Assembly: GCA_963796685.1 (NCBI GenBank)
Contig: CAWCMR010000011.1
Location: forward strand, 160,001-224,000
Direction: 5' to 3'
DNA: 64,000 nt
DNA from: an uncultured delta proteobacterium
Lineage (GTDB): Bacteria > Myxococcota_A > Polyangia > Fen-1088
The notes beneath the pieces are model-generated. The model did no database searches and was not told where the DNA came from. It saw only the letters and a list, made by a program, of their open reading frames with translations. Positions 20,285-30,691 of the stretch are shown here, in pieces. How positions within the stretch are numbered: the first letter of the stretch is position 1; each line of letters begins with the position of its first letter. The position numbers and the translations under genes are program-made.

Positions 20285-20460
20285 TCCGCCCGAGCCCATC
20301 CGTTCACCATCGAGGCGGCGTTCAACATAGATGATCAACTCCACAACCATCTTCCCGCGAGGCGACTTACTCGCTCTTGCTGCACACCCTACCTTGCGGG
20401 TGGGGTGCCCGTTCCATGGGTTGTTTGACCATCTCGGGGCAAGAACGAAACGTCGGTACC
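20285..20460 (+). ncRNA. ssrS: Putative 6S RNA
   Basis: Rod-like pairing (20329-20338/20425-20434, 20343-20350/20416-20424, 20354-20362/20392-20400) directly upstream of 5-formylTHF cyclo-ligase and rny, the usual ssrS position. Boundaries approximate. Confidence 0.5.
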
Positions 20461-20461
20461 G

Positions 20462-21088
20462 ATGCACCAAGCCGAGCTGTCGCTAAGGGAGGAAAAGCGC
20501 TCACTGCGGCGCGCCATGGCGGAGCAACGGGATGTGCTGCTGCAGGCTGAGCGGGAAGCCATGACCGCCCGCGCAGTGGAGAGATTTCTCGACCTGCCTG
20601 AAATTCGCGCGGCGCGCAGCGTGGCGGGATTCGTTTCCACCCGTTCGGAGATCGATACCGAACCGCTTCTCACCGAGCTTCGGCGCAGAGGGGTCGACGT
20701 CGTGCTGCCACGGGTCAGCACCGGCCTCATCCCACCGCGCCTGCGCTTCCACCGGGCGAAGACGCGGGCCGACCTCGTGTTCGGCATCTTCGGTTTGCTG
20801 GAACCCGGGCTCGATTGCCCCGAGCTGGCCGCTCAGGACATCGACGTCTTCATGGTTCCAGGGTTGGTGTTCGACAAGCGCGGCTCGCGCATCGGCTACG
20901 GCGGCGGCTATTACGACGAGCTGGCCGCCTATGTCCGGGCCCATCCCGATGCCACCAATGCCCGTTTCGTCGGCTACGCCTTCGACTTTCAATTGGTAGA
21001 GACCTGTCCCGCGGGGGAGTGGGACGTACCGCTAGACACCATCGTGACGGACGAGCGAGTCGTCCGCTGCCAAGAACCGATCGGCTGA
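20462..21088 (+). CDS. ygfA: 5-formyltetrahydrofolate cyclo-ligase
   Basis: VPGLVFDKRGSRIGYGGGYYD and WDVPLDTIVTD motifs. Confidence 0.92.
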   Translation: MHQAELSLREEKRSLRRAMAEQRDVLLQAEREAMTARAVERFLDLPEIRAARSVAGFVSTRSEIDTEPLLTELRRRGVDVVLPRVSTGLIPPRLRFHRAKTRADLVFGIFGLLEPGLDCPELAAQDIDVFMVPGLVFDKRGSRIGYGGGYYDELAAYVRAHPDATNARFVGYAFDFQLVETCPAGEWDVPLDTIVTDERVVRCQEPIG

Positions 21089-21096
21089 GGTAGGAC

Positions 21097-22656
21097 ATGA
21101 CCGCTGGAGCAATCATCGGCGCGATCCTGGCTGCTGCGGTGGCCGGGGTGGTCGCGTTCCTGCTTGGACGTCTGTCCAAACCCGACGCGGTGCCCGAAAG
21201 CGAAGAGGAACGCAAACGGGCGCTGGCGGCCGCGACCAGCGAAGCGGACGCCATCAAACGCCAGGCCCTGGTCGAGGCCAAGGAAGGCGCGCAGAAGATC
21301 CGCAGCGAGGTCGAAAGCGAGCTGCGTGCTCGGCGCCAGGAGCTGGACCGGAGCACGGCGGAGATCCGCGCGCGGGTGGAGGCAGCCGACCGGCGCGATC
21401 GTGAGATGAAGACCGAGCGCGAGAACATCGCGCGCAAGGAAAAGCAGCTCCAGGCGCGCGAGCAGGCTGCCGAGACCGTGGCCAGGACCGCGGCCTCCGC
21501 CGCAGCGGAAGCGCGGACGCGGCTCGAAAAGATTGCGGGTATGGGGGAAGCCGAGGCGCGCAAGCTGTTGACCGCCGAGGTCCAAGCCGAGGCGCGTGCG
21601 GCGGCGGCCGGCGAGGTCAAGCGTATCGAGGAAGAAGCCCAGGCGCAGGCCAAGCAGAAGGCGCAGCTCATCCTGGGCGCCGCGGTCCAGCGCTACGCCA
21701 GCGACTACGTCGCCGAACGCACGGTGTCCGTGGTGCCCTTGCCTTCCGACGACATGAAGGGCCGTATCATCGGCCGTGAAGGTCGCAACATTCGCGCCCT
21801 CGAATCGGCTACCGGGATCGATTTGATCATCGACGACACGCCCGAGGCGGTGGTCATCTCGTGCTTCAATCCCGTGCGGCGCGAGATCGCCCGCCTGGCG
21901 CTCACCCGCCTCATCGCCGATGGGCGCATCCATCCGACCCGCATCGAGGAGATGGTTCGCAAGGCCACCGACGAGGTGGAACAGCAGTGCAAGGAGGCCG
22001 GCGACCAGGCCGCCTTCGACCTCGGCATCGGCCGCTTGCACCCGGATCTCGGCCGGTTGCTCGGCAAGTTGCGCTTCCGCTCGGGAACCGCGCAGAACCT
22101 GCTTCAGCACTCCATCGAGGTCGGCTTCCTGGCCGGCACCATCGCGGGCGAGCTCGGCTATCCGGTCAAGATGGCCCGCCGCGCGGGCCTTCTGCACGAT
22201 ATCGGCTGTGGCGTGGACCAAGAGGTCGACGGCTCGCACGCCGTGGCGGGCGCGGTCATGGCGCGCAAGTTCGGTGAGACACCCAAGATCTGCCACGCCA
22301 TCGAAGCCCACCACGGCGAGGTGCCCGCCGAAGACGTGCTCGACCACATCGTGGACGCCGCCAACGTGCTGGCCAACCAGCGGCCCGGGGCACGGCGCGA
22401 GTCGCTGGAATCCTACGTGCAGCGACTGGACGATCTGGAGAAGATCGCGTCCGGCTTCGACGGTGTGGAACGTGCCTTTGCCATCCAGGCCGGGCGCGAG
22501 GTGCGCGTCCTGGTGGAGAACACCAAGATCAGCGACGAACAGGCGCGCGTGCTGTCCAAGGACATCGCCCGCAAGGTCGAGGCGCAGCTCGCGTACCCCG
22601 GCCAGATCCGCGTGTCCGTGGTGCGCGAAACGCGCGCCGTCGACTTTGCCAAGTAA
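21097..22656 (+). CDS. rny: Ribonuclease Y
   Basis: N-terminal TM helix, coiled coil, KH motif MKGRIIGREGRNIR, HD motif LLHDIG, AIQAGREVRV, YPGQIRVSVVRETRA. Confidence 0.95.
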   Translation: MTAGAIIGAILAAAVAGVVAFLLGRLSKPDAVPESEEERKRALAAATSEADAIKRQALVEAKEGAQKIRSEVESELRARRQELDRSTAEIRARVEAADRRDREMKTERENIARKEKQLQAREQAAETVARTAASAAAEARTRLEKIAGMGEAEARKLLTAEVQAEARAAAAGEVKRIEEEAQAQAKQKAQLILGAAVQRYASDYVAERTVSVVPLPSDDMKGRIIGREGRNIRALESATGIDLIIDDTPEAVVISCFNPVRREIARLALTRLIADGRIHPTRIEEMVRKATDEVEQQCKEAGDQAAFDLGIGRLHPDLGRLLGKLRFRSGTAQNLLQHSIEVGFLAGTIAGELGYPVKMARRAGLLHDIGCGVDQEVDGSHAVAGAVMARKFGETPKICHAIEAHHGEVPAEDVLDHIVDAANVLANQRPGARRESLESYVQRLDDLEKIASGFDGVERAFAIQAGREVRVLVENTKISDEQARVLSKDIARKVEAQLAYPGQIRVSVVRETRAVDFAK

Positions 22657-22700
22657 TCACGCTTTTTTGACGTGCGCCCTGTCCGGGCCAAGATCCAGCC

Positions 22701-23444
22701 ATGAACCACCGTTTCGTCATTCTCGGCGCGATCGCCTTTGCCGGTTGTAGCAGCCAGCCCGAACCCCTGACCCAAACCGAGTACTGCAACCAGTACGCGC
22801 AGGACGTGTGCGCTGGAATTGTGCCGGCTTGTCTCATGCCGCAGGCCGACTGCATGGCCGGTCGCCTCGCCGAGTGCACCGCCCAGGCGCAAGAAAACGC
22901 CGGCCGCGACTTCCTACCGCCGAACGCGCAGGTTTGTCTCGACAAAGTCAAAGCGGTCTATGGGAAGCTGAACCAGGGGGCGGTCTCTCTGAGCCCGGCT
23001 GATCTCGAGACCGTGGCTCTCGCCTGCGGCAAGGTCTATCGGGGGACGGAGCTGCCCAACGGACCGTGCGTCGCCGACGCCGACTGCCTCGATGGCCTCA
23101 TCTGCGACAAGGGTTACTGCGGAACCGCCAGGTTGGTTGCGCAAGGAGCCGGGTGCGCCAACATCGGCGAATACTGCCCGTCCGGATCCTATTGCAGCAC
23201 CACGAGCGGTGTTTGGATGTGCGCGAGCAAGTTGGGGCTCGGCGGCGCTTGCAGCGCCGCGAATCCTTGCCTGGAGAGCCTGCGCTGCGCGGGAGGCATC
23301 TGCTCCGTTCAGCTGGACATCGGCGGGGCTTGCTCCGTCGACCAGGACTGCAGCAGCGGCTTCTGCGAGCCCTACGCGCTCAAGTGCGCCCAGGACGTGC
23401 GCTTCGCCAACGGCAACCTCGATTGCCAGGCCATGGGCGGCTGA
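22701..23444 (+). CDS. Cys-rich lipoprotein (myxobacterial type)
   Basis: Lipobox AFAGCSS; many CxxxxDC-type repeats. Confidence 0.75.
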   Translation: MNHRFVILGAIAFAGCSSQPEPLTQTEYCNQYAQDVCAGIVPACLMPQADCMAGRLAECTAQAQENAGRDFLPPNAQVCLDKVKAVYGKLNQGAVSLSPADLETVALACGKVYRGTELPNGPCVADADCLDGLICDKGYCGTARLVAQGAGCANIGEYCPSGSYCSTTSGVWMCASKLGLGGACSAANPCLESLRCAGGICSVQLDIGGACSVDQDCSSGFCEPYALKCAQDVRFANGNLDCQAMGG

Positions 23445-23489
23445 CCGCCGATTCGACCGCTCTGCGCTCTCCTCGTTCTCTGCGCCCTC

Positions 23490-23720
23490 TCATTTTCCGC
23501 ACTCGCAGTCGCTCACCAACAGGATTTCCGCGCGCAGGGTAGCGGGCGACAGGCGCGTGGTGATGCAGATGCAGCGCTCGGCATCGCGTTCGACCGCCTC
23601 GGCGAAGTCCGCCAGATCGTATCTCAAGGAGGCCGGGTCCTTGGGGGTCTGTCGCAGCACCTGCGGCACGGTCAGTCGAAACATCTCTGCCAGGACCAAG
23701 GTCGTGAGCATCATGGTCAT
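23490..23720 (-). CDS. Small hypothetical protein
   Basis: MTMMLTTLVLAEMF...VSDCECGK with ggagag upstream; follows pfkA on the same strand. Confidence 0.4.
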   Translation of the reverse strand: MTMMLTTLVLAEMFRLTVPQVLRQTPKDPASLRYDLADFAEAVERDAERCICITTRLSPATLRAEILLVSDCECGK

Positions 23721-23797
23721 CTCTCCGTCGTGAAAGCGGGGCGAGGTTACTCCGATCGCGCACGCCTGGCGCAAGTCTCGTGGCGGTGGCGACGCGG

Positions 23798-24889
23798 TCA
23801 ATCGCCGAAACAGGTGCCCACGGCGCGGGCGGTGCGAACCAAGGGGTCGTCGGGGGCGACCTTGCGCTGCTTGCCGGCCACGCTCTGGATGGGAACTTCG
23901 CCCAGGTGCCCGTTTTGTTGCACCACGAGCTGGCCCTGTGCGCCGGCCATCAGGATCTCCAGCGCGTGGTGGCCGAACTGGGTGGCCAGCACGCGATCGG
24001 CCGGGGTTGGCGAGCCGCCGCGCTGAATGTGCCCGAGCACGGTGGCGCGTGCGTCCAGCTTGGTGCGCTCTTCGATGTCGGCGACCAGCTTGTTGGCGAT
24101 GCCGCCCAGGCGGATGGGATCCGGGCTGGTTTCCACGCGGCGCTGGATCACGACGTCGCCGCCCTTGGGTTTCGCCCCCTCGGACACACAAATGATGGAG
24201 AAGCGCTTGCCGCTCTTGCTGCGGCGTCGGAGCACCTCGGCGATGACGTCGAGGTCGTAGGGGATCTCGGGGATCAGGATCACGTCGGCGCCCGAGGCCA
24301 AGCCGGTGTGCAAGGCCAGCCAGCCGGCGTTGCGGCCCATGACCTCGACCACCATCACGCGGTGGTGGCTCATGGCCGTGGTGTGGATCTTGTCGAAGCA
24401 TTCGGCGGCGGTGTGCACGGCGGTGTCGAAGCCGAAGGTGCGTTCGCAGCCCTCGAGGTCGTTGTCGATGGTCTTGGGCACGCCAATGCAGTTGATGCCG
24501 CTTTCGACCAGGTTCGCGGCGCCCGTCATGGTGCCGTCGCCGCCGATGCAGACCAAGGCGTCGAGCTCGTTCGCGCGCACGTGGTCGATTACCCGGTCGG
24601 TGACGTCGACCCACTCGGTCTTGCCGCCTCTCTCGATGGCGAAGCGTTGCGGGTTGGCCTGATTGCTGGTGCCCAGGATGGTGCCGCCCTGGGTAAGGAT
24701 GTTCGAGACGTCGTTCCAGCCCAGCAGGCGCATGCGGTTCTGGATGAGGCCGAGGAAGCCGTCTTCCACGCCGATGACCTCGAGCTTGTACTGGTGCATC
24801 GCCGTCTTGGTCACGGCACGAATCACCGCGTTCAGACCCGGACAGTCGCCACCGCCCGTCAGCACCCCGATGCGTTTGATGGTCGCCAT
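23798..24889 (-). CDS. pfkA: 6-phosphofructokinase (group III type)
   Basis: TGGGDCPGLN, GGDGT, PKTIDND, EVMGRNAGW, LGHIQRGG. Confidence 0.95.
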   Translation of the reverse strand: MATIKRIGVLTGGGDCPGLNAVIRAVTKTAMHQYKLEVIGVEDGFLGLIQNRMRLLGWNDVSNILTQGGTILGTSNQANPQRFAIERGGKTEWVDVTDRVIDHVRANELDALVCIGGDGTMTGAANLVESGINCIGVPKTIDNDLEGCERTFGFDTAVHTAAECFDKIHTTAMSHHRVMVVEVMGRNAGWLALHTGLASGADVILIPEIPYDLDVIAEVLRRRSKSGKRFSIICVSEGAKPKGGDVVIQRRVETSPDPIRLGGIANKLVADIEERTKLDARATVLGHIQRGGSPTPADRVLATQFGHHALEILMAGAQGQLVVQQNGHLGEVPIQSVAGKQRKVAPDDPLVRTARAVGTCFGD

Positions 24890-25311
24890 GGTGGCGCGAT
24901 GCTAGCCCCAAACCTCGTTCTCCGTCTAGCAATCGACCTGGGTCGGTTGGTGTCATCTATCATCGTCCATGGTCTTCGCGCCCATTTTCCCTCGCAGAGC
25001 CCACCGCGCAGTGTTTCCCGCTTGGCAAGCGGCCTTAATCTTACTAAGTTTGCTCACCAATAGATTTGCGCGCAGATTCGCGCTCGCGTTCAGGGTATCC
25101 GTGAGTCCTGCGCCCAGGCGCCCTCTCTTCAGATCGAGGAGGATTCCTATTGATGCAACCCTTGCTTCGGCACCTATGCGCAAGCCGCGCCAGCACGATC
25201 GTGCCGCCTGCGCACGACGGCAGCCCTGGCGGTTCTTCTTGCCAGCAATAGAGCCTACGCTCCGACACTAACGAACCGTCCGACAACAGACCCGACGAGG
25301 AGGCCTTCCAG

Positions 25312-27118
25312 ATGTTGCGTGTTTCCACAGCGTTCGTCCTTTCTGGCTGTCTATGTCTAGGCGGTCTGGGTTGTAACCAAGCGACTCCGAGTGGATCGGG
25401 GGGAAGCGGCGGTTCGTCGAGTCACGGCGGGTCTTCCGGCAATGGCGGTTCGTCGAGCAACGGCGGGTCGTCGGGCAACGGCGGTTCGTCGAGCAACGGC
25501 GGGTCGTCGGGCAACGGCGGCTCTTCCGCGAGCGGCGGGTCGTCAGCCAAGGGTGGCAGCGGTGGGGCGGCGGGCAGCGGCGGGTCCTCGAGTGGTGGAT
25601 CGGGCGGCGGAAAAGGCGGCAGTGGCGGGTCGTCGGCCAAGGGCGGCAGCGGCGGAGTCTCCACCAGCGGCGGCACGAGTGGCGGATCCTCGGGCAGCGG
25701 TGGGAAGGGTGGCAGTGGCGGTTCCTCGGGCGGGGGTGGATCGGCCGGAAATGGCGGATCCTCGGGCTCCGGCGGCTCGGGCGCCGGGGGTGGCTCGGGA
25801 ACGTCCGTCTCGTGTACGTTCACGCAGTCGTCCTCGACGAGCGCGAAGATCGCGACCGTCGGCATCGTCAAATGGTCCACGACCCTGTCGAGCATGACCT
25901 CGGCGCACATCGATTTCGGGCTCGACACGAGCTACGGAATGACCGCGCCGATCGACAATCCCGGAACAGGCACCGTGACGACCCTGCTGCTCGGGATGAA
26001 GCAGTCGAAGACCTACCACTACCGGATCACCGCGACGAACAGCAGCGGCGACTGCGCGAGCAGCGACTACACGATTGCCACCGGCACGCTGGCGAGTGGT
26101 TTGCCGAAGATCTCGGTCACCACCAACAACAAGTCGGGCCTCTACGGTGGCTTCTTGATCACCGGTCAGTACCTGCAAAGCGGCGGCGGATCGCCTTCCT
26201 ACATCCTCGACGCCGACGGGGATATGGTGTGGGCCTTCAGTACCAGCAAGGACGTGACCGGGGCGGCGATGGACTACGCCGGGACGCACATGTGGATCAA
26301 CAGCGCCAACGTGCCGTGTGGCACGACCAGCGTGCACCGTGTGGCGATGGACGGCTCGACGGACGAGGATCTCGTCCTCCCACTTCACGGGACTCAACCA
26401 CCAGCTCACGGTCTTGCCCGATGAGACGGTGGCCTTCTACGCCTACCCGATGTCGGGGAGCCAGTGCCCGGGCATGACCAGTGGCTGCGACGACATCAAG
26501 GAATACTCGCCGAGTGGAGCCACCAAGACGATCGTGAACTCGGGCACCGCCGAGGGCACCAGCCCCACAGCGTGCCACTGCAACAACATCCAGTACTCCA
26601 AGGCCGACGACACCTTGGTCTTCTCCGATCTCGACAACCAGGTCGTGGTGAAGGTCAAGCGCAGCGACGGGTCGGTCGTATGGAGGCTCAACGGGAGCAA
26701 GTCCACCTTCACCGGTACCACCTCGCCGATCTGGAAGGGCGGCGAGCACGGGCTTCACGTCCTGGGGCTCGACGACCTCCTGATTTTCAACAACAACAGC
26801 AGGAACGTCGCCGGGAGCTTTGCCTCGGCGGGTGGCGACGGAAGCGGCTCGATCGCAACCGAGTTCAAGCTCGATCTGACCGGGAACAAGGTCTCTCAGA
26901 TTTGGTCGTACAAATCGTCCGACGGTATCCAGAACGACGTCATGGGCGATGTGCAGCGGCTTCCCAACGGCAACACGATCGTCGCGTACTCGACCCAGGG
27001 GGTGCTCCACGAGGTCGATTCGAGTGGCACGCTTCTTCAGGAGTTGAATTGGCCCCTCGGTGCATCCTTTGGCTATGTTCAGAAGCGTGCCAGCCTGTAC
27101 GGGTCGCCACCCAGGTAG
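25312..27118 (+). CDS. Gly/Ser-linker lipoprotein with aryl-sulfate sulfotransferase-like domain; frameshift near 26372
   Basis: Lipobox GGLGC, GGSS linker and FN3-like segment, then HCNNIQY, GEHGLH, IFNN and MGDVQRLPNGNT in the shifted frame. Confidence 0.7.
25426..25530 (+). repeat. Coding tandem repeat (GGSSSN/GGSSGN), 18/36-bp units
   Basis: ggcggttcgtcgagcaacggcgggtcgtcgggcaac repeated in tandem. Confidence 0.7.
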
Positions 27119-27149
27119 GTATCCACATTTCATTTCGGAGGCTCTTTTC

Positions 27150-28169
27150 ATGAAGAATCAATCCATCCTTTTCCTCGTCCCGTTCCTTGCGCTCGCGGCA
27201 CCGGCTTGTAGCGGTGGCGGAGGCGGCGGGAACGGAGGAAGCGGTGGCGGAGGTGGCAGCGGAACTTGCAGTGGGACCACGCTGATGGCAAGTACGGCGC
27301 ACGACTACGGGTTCACGAGCACGCTGACGTTTCCCCCGGTGAAGGTCAAGCCGATGACCAATCTGACGTTCGACTGGGGGAGCGTGACCACGGATTTCCT
27401 TGGCCATGACATCGATCCTAAGAAGGACCTCAACACCATCTTGGTTCTCATGTGGAAGCTCACGCTGCCCGACCTCCAGACCAAGCTGAACGCCGATTCT
27501 CTTCAGCAGCGCGATCTCGTAACCCTGCCCTTGCAGTACGCCACCGACGGCAACAACACGTCGGCGAAGCTCCTGGACTTCACGAACAGCGGCAACCCCG
27601 ATGCCACCACCATCCTCTCGTTCCTGGACGCGACCCAGTACGACCCGACCAAGTTCACCTATACGCTGATGGCGGCCACGGGCAATACGCTCGGCGAGGG
27701 GACCAAGATGATCCAGTCCTTCCAGGTCGACCCCTCTTCTTCGAACACGGCCGTTACGATGACGACGGATTCTACCCAGCTCACCTACACCGCGGATCTG
27801 CACAGCCTGACACCGACCGAGATCCCCGCGGGACAAGCGGGCATCACGCTCGATTGGAGCCAGATGACCAAGAACGCGCTTGGCAACGACTTCGTCGTAT
27901 CCAACATCACGAGAGCCCTCGTTGGTCACTACACCCAGACTCCCACCGAGATCGAGAGCCAATTCCTCGACATCGAGTTGATTGCGACCAAGCTCTACCA
28001 GGGTGATATCGGCACGGGAACCTCCGTCAACTTCTCGTCTCTGAAGACGGACGGTGGCGAGTCCTTCCAGGGAATCGACGATACCGGCACCTGGATGGTG
28101 GCGCTTCAGTGTGGCGGCTGCCGCAATCCCGCGCCCTGGTACCTGACCATCCTCAAGCCCTGCCAGTAG
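27150..28169 (+). CDS. Hypothetical lipoprotein with Gly linker
   Basis: MKNQSILFLVPFLALAAPACSGGGG; C-terminal CGGCRNPAPWYL; RBS ggagg. Confidence 0.75.
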   Translation: MKNQSILFLVPFLALAAPACSGGGGGGNGGSGGGGGSGTCSGTTLMASTAHDYGFTSTLTFPPVKVKPMTNLTFDWGSVTTDFLGHDIDPKKDLNTILVLMWKLTLPDLQTKLNADSLQQRDLVTLPLQYATDGNNTSAKLLDFTNSGNPDATTILSFLDATQYDPTKFTYTLMAATGNTLGEGTKMIQSFQVDPSSSNTAVTMTTDSTQLTYTADLHSLTPTEIPAGQAGITLDWSQMTKNALGNDFVVSNITRALVGHYTQTPTEIESQFLDIELIATKLYQGDIGTGTSVNFSSLKTDGGESFQGIDDTGTWMVALQCGGCRNPAPWYLTILKPCQ

Positions 28170-28177
28170 GGCTCTCG

Positions 28178-30514
28178 CTACCGGCGCTTGAGGAAGCGCG
28201 GGGTCAGGCGCAGCAACACGGACGGGAGGAAGGCCACGGTCGCCGCGCTGCTGGTGACCATGGTCAGGGCCACCAGCACGCCGAGCTGAACGTGGACCTT
28301 GAATCCCGAGAAGGTCAAGCACAGGTAGCCCCCCGCCACGGCGCTGGCCACGTAGGCAATGGCTTTGCCCGACGTGGTCAGGGCGATCGCCGTGGCCTCG
28401 CGCAGGTCGCCGCTGCGCTGGAATTCCTCGCGCACGCGAAAGATGAAGTAGACGGCGTAGTCCGCGCCGATGCCGACCGCCATGGCGGAGATTGCGGCCG
28501 TTCCCATGGACAGCGGGATTCCGGTCCAGCCCATGAGGCCGAGGTTCACCAGCGCCGCGGTGGCCAGCGGCAAGAGCACGAGTAACCCGCCGGCGAACGA
28601 GCGCAGCAAGAACGACGTGATGACGACGACCAGGATCGAGATCTGGATGAGGTTGATGGTCTTGCCCCGTACCATGGTCTCGTTCAGCGCGATGGCGTTG
28701 GTCACGCCGCCGCCGACGCGCGCCTTGACCGGCAGCCCGACGAACAGCCGCTCGGCCTCCGCGCTGGTCGCCACCACCAGGGCCTTCATGGCCCGGTAGT
28801 CATCCGTGCGCAAATAGGTGGTGATCACGGCGTTCTGAAAGTCGTGATCCACGAGACGGCTCAAATCCTTGTCGTCCCCGCCCATCGAGTAGAGCAACAG
28901 ATACTGCGCGACGCCTTGAACGGTATCCGGGAGAGTGCCCGGGCCGCCGTTGTTCAAGACCAGGCTCATTTGCTTGAACAGGTCGACGATGGACACGACC
29001 TTGCCGATGGGCAGCGGTTGCTTGGCGATGAAGGTCCCGAGCTGGTCGATCCGGTGCAGGACCTCGGGGTTCTTGATGGTGTCTGGGGCGTTGCCTTCGA
29101 TCAGCACCTGGATGACGCGCGTGCCGGCCAGGCGGGAATCGGCCATGCGGAAGCCGTGGATGGGGGCGTTGCTTTCGAAGAACTGGGCCCCGAGGCTGTT
29201 GTTGGTATCGAGACGCTCGACCCCGACCAGGGCGACGAGGATGAGACACACGAACACCCAGAAGATGGGACGCTCTTTGCCTCTGCGGATGATGCTCGCC
29301 AGCTTCTCCAGGATGGGGTCGAAGTACTCTTCGCGCTTCTCGCGCTCGGTTTGCTTGGGCGAGGGCGGCGAAAGCAGGATGCGCATGGCCGGGATGAACG
29401 TCATCTCGACGGTGAGCGCGGCCAGGATGCCGAAGGCCGTACACAGGCCGAAGTTCTTGATCGACGGCAAGCCGAAGGCGGCCAGCGAGCCGAAGCTGAG
29501 CGACGCGATGGTGCCCGCGGCGAGCATGACCACGCCGACCTTGGTGGTGGCCTCGATGACTGCGAGCCGGTTGTGCTCGACCGGCGACAGCTCGGGATGG
29601 GCCACCTTGGCACGACTGTATTCCTCGTAGTAGCGCTTGAGGATCTGCACCGAGTGTCCGGCGCCGATGGCCAGCAGCAGGATCGGGGTCATGATGTTCC
29701 ACGGATCCATGGGCGCCCCGATGAGCCCCATCAGGCCCAGCGCCCAGATCACGCCCATGATGGCCGTGACCAAGGGAACGATCATGCCCTGCAGGGTTCG
29801 AAAGGCGCGGTAGTGAAGATAGCCGATCATGCCGAGAGCCAAGAGGAAGAGCCCGGCCACGCGACGCGTGTAGATGAGCAGCCAGTAGAGGATGGTGACC
29901 GCGCCGGCGGGAAGGATCTCGAGCCCGGGCTCGCGCTCGGGCGCGACGATGCTCTCGATCCGGCCGTAGAGGTGCTTGGCGCCACCGGCCTTCTCGAAGT
30001 CGTCGAAGTCGACCAGGACCGAGGTCGCCCGGCCGTCGTCGCTGACCAGAAGGCTGGTGATGAAGGCGTTCGCCTTCACGCGCTCGCGAAAGGCGGCCAT
30101 CTCGGCATCCGTCTCGGGAACCTTGCTCGCCAGCGGCGTGATTTGTAGCGCGTCGTCGGTGCTGTGCACGTCCTTCACCCGGGGCGACATCAGGGACAGC
30201 ACGCTGCCCTCCTTGACGCCGGGCAGGCGCGCGAGCTCCTCGGTCACGCGTTTCACCTTGGCCAGAATCTTCGGCGTATAGATGGTTCCGCTCGACGGAT
30301 AGAAGCCGACGACGGTCATGTACTTGCCGCCGAACAGCTTCTCGACCCGCTTGCCAACCACCACCAGCGGATGGCCGGGCGGAATCTGGGAATCGATGTC
30401 CAGCATCAGATGCAATCGCGTGATGAAGAAGCCGAGCGTCAGGGTGACGGCCATGACGGCTGCAATCACAGTTTTCGGACGGCTCACGAGGGATGTCACA
30501 TAACGGCGCAGCAT
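28178..30514 (-). CDS. MMPL/RND family transporter
   Basis: Two TM repeats with LLAIGAGHSVQ and AVGIGADYAVYF and two periplasmic loops; start uncertain. Confidence 0.88.
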   Translation of the reverse strand: MLRRYVTSLVSRPKTVIAAVMAVTLTLGFFITRLHLMLDIDSQIPPGHPLVVVGKRVEKLFGGKYMTVVGFYPSSGTIYTPKILAKVKRVTEELARLPGVKEGSVLSLMSPRVKDVHSTDDALQITPLASKVPETDAEMAAFRERVKANAFITSLLVSDDGRATSVLVDFDDFEKAGGAKHLYGRIESIVAPEREPGLEILPAGAVTILYWLLIYTRRVAGLFLLALGMIGYLHYRAFRTLQGMIVPLVTAIMGVIWALGLMGLIGAPMDPWNIMTPILLLAIGAGHSVQILKRYYEEYSRAKVAHPELSPVEHNRLAVIEATTKVGVVMLAAGTIASLSFGSLAAFGLPSIKNFGLCTAFGILAALTVEMTFIPAMRILLSPPSPKQTEREKREEYFDPILEKLASIIRRGKERPIFWVFVCLILVALVGVERLDTNNSLGAQFFESNAPIHGFRMADSRLAGTRVIQVLIEGNAPDTIKNPEVLHRIDQLGTFIAKQPLPIGKVVSIVDLFKQMSLVLNNGGPGTLPDTVQGVAQYLLLYSMGGDDKDLSRLVDHDFQNAVITTYLRTDDYRAMKALVVATSAEAERLFVGLPVKARVGGGVTNAIALNETMVRGKTINLIQISILVVVITSFLLRSFAGGLLVLLPLATAALVNLGLMGWTGIPLSMGTAAISAMAVGIGADYAVYFIFRVREEFQRSGDLREATAIALTTSGKAIAYVASAVAGGYLCLTFSGFKVHVQLGVLVALTMVTSSAATVAFLPSVLLRLTPRFLKRR

Positions 30515-30691
30515 GACGGGTTCATGCAAATTCGCACGGACCTTGGTCACGCAGCAAGGGCAATTGCGGTGGATTTCTGTGCTATTCGTGGCTGTGTTCT
30601 ACGATCGGCGCGACAATTCCCGCGGTTGACAATGGGCGGAACAGAGGACCAGACTCGGGTGGTTTCCTTTCGTTGCTCAAGGAGGTTTCCG

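Noticed and set aside
20989-22347. Long antisense or alternative-frame ORFs (also 23780-25063, 28844-30148, 33046-34833, 47017-49137)
   Set aside because: Shadow ORFs of high-GC coding genes with no motifs of their own.
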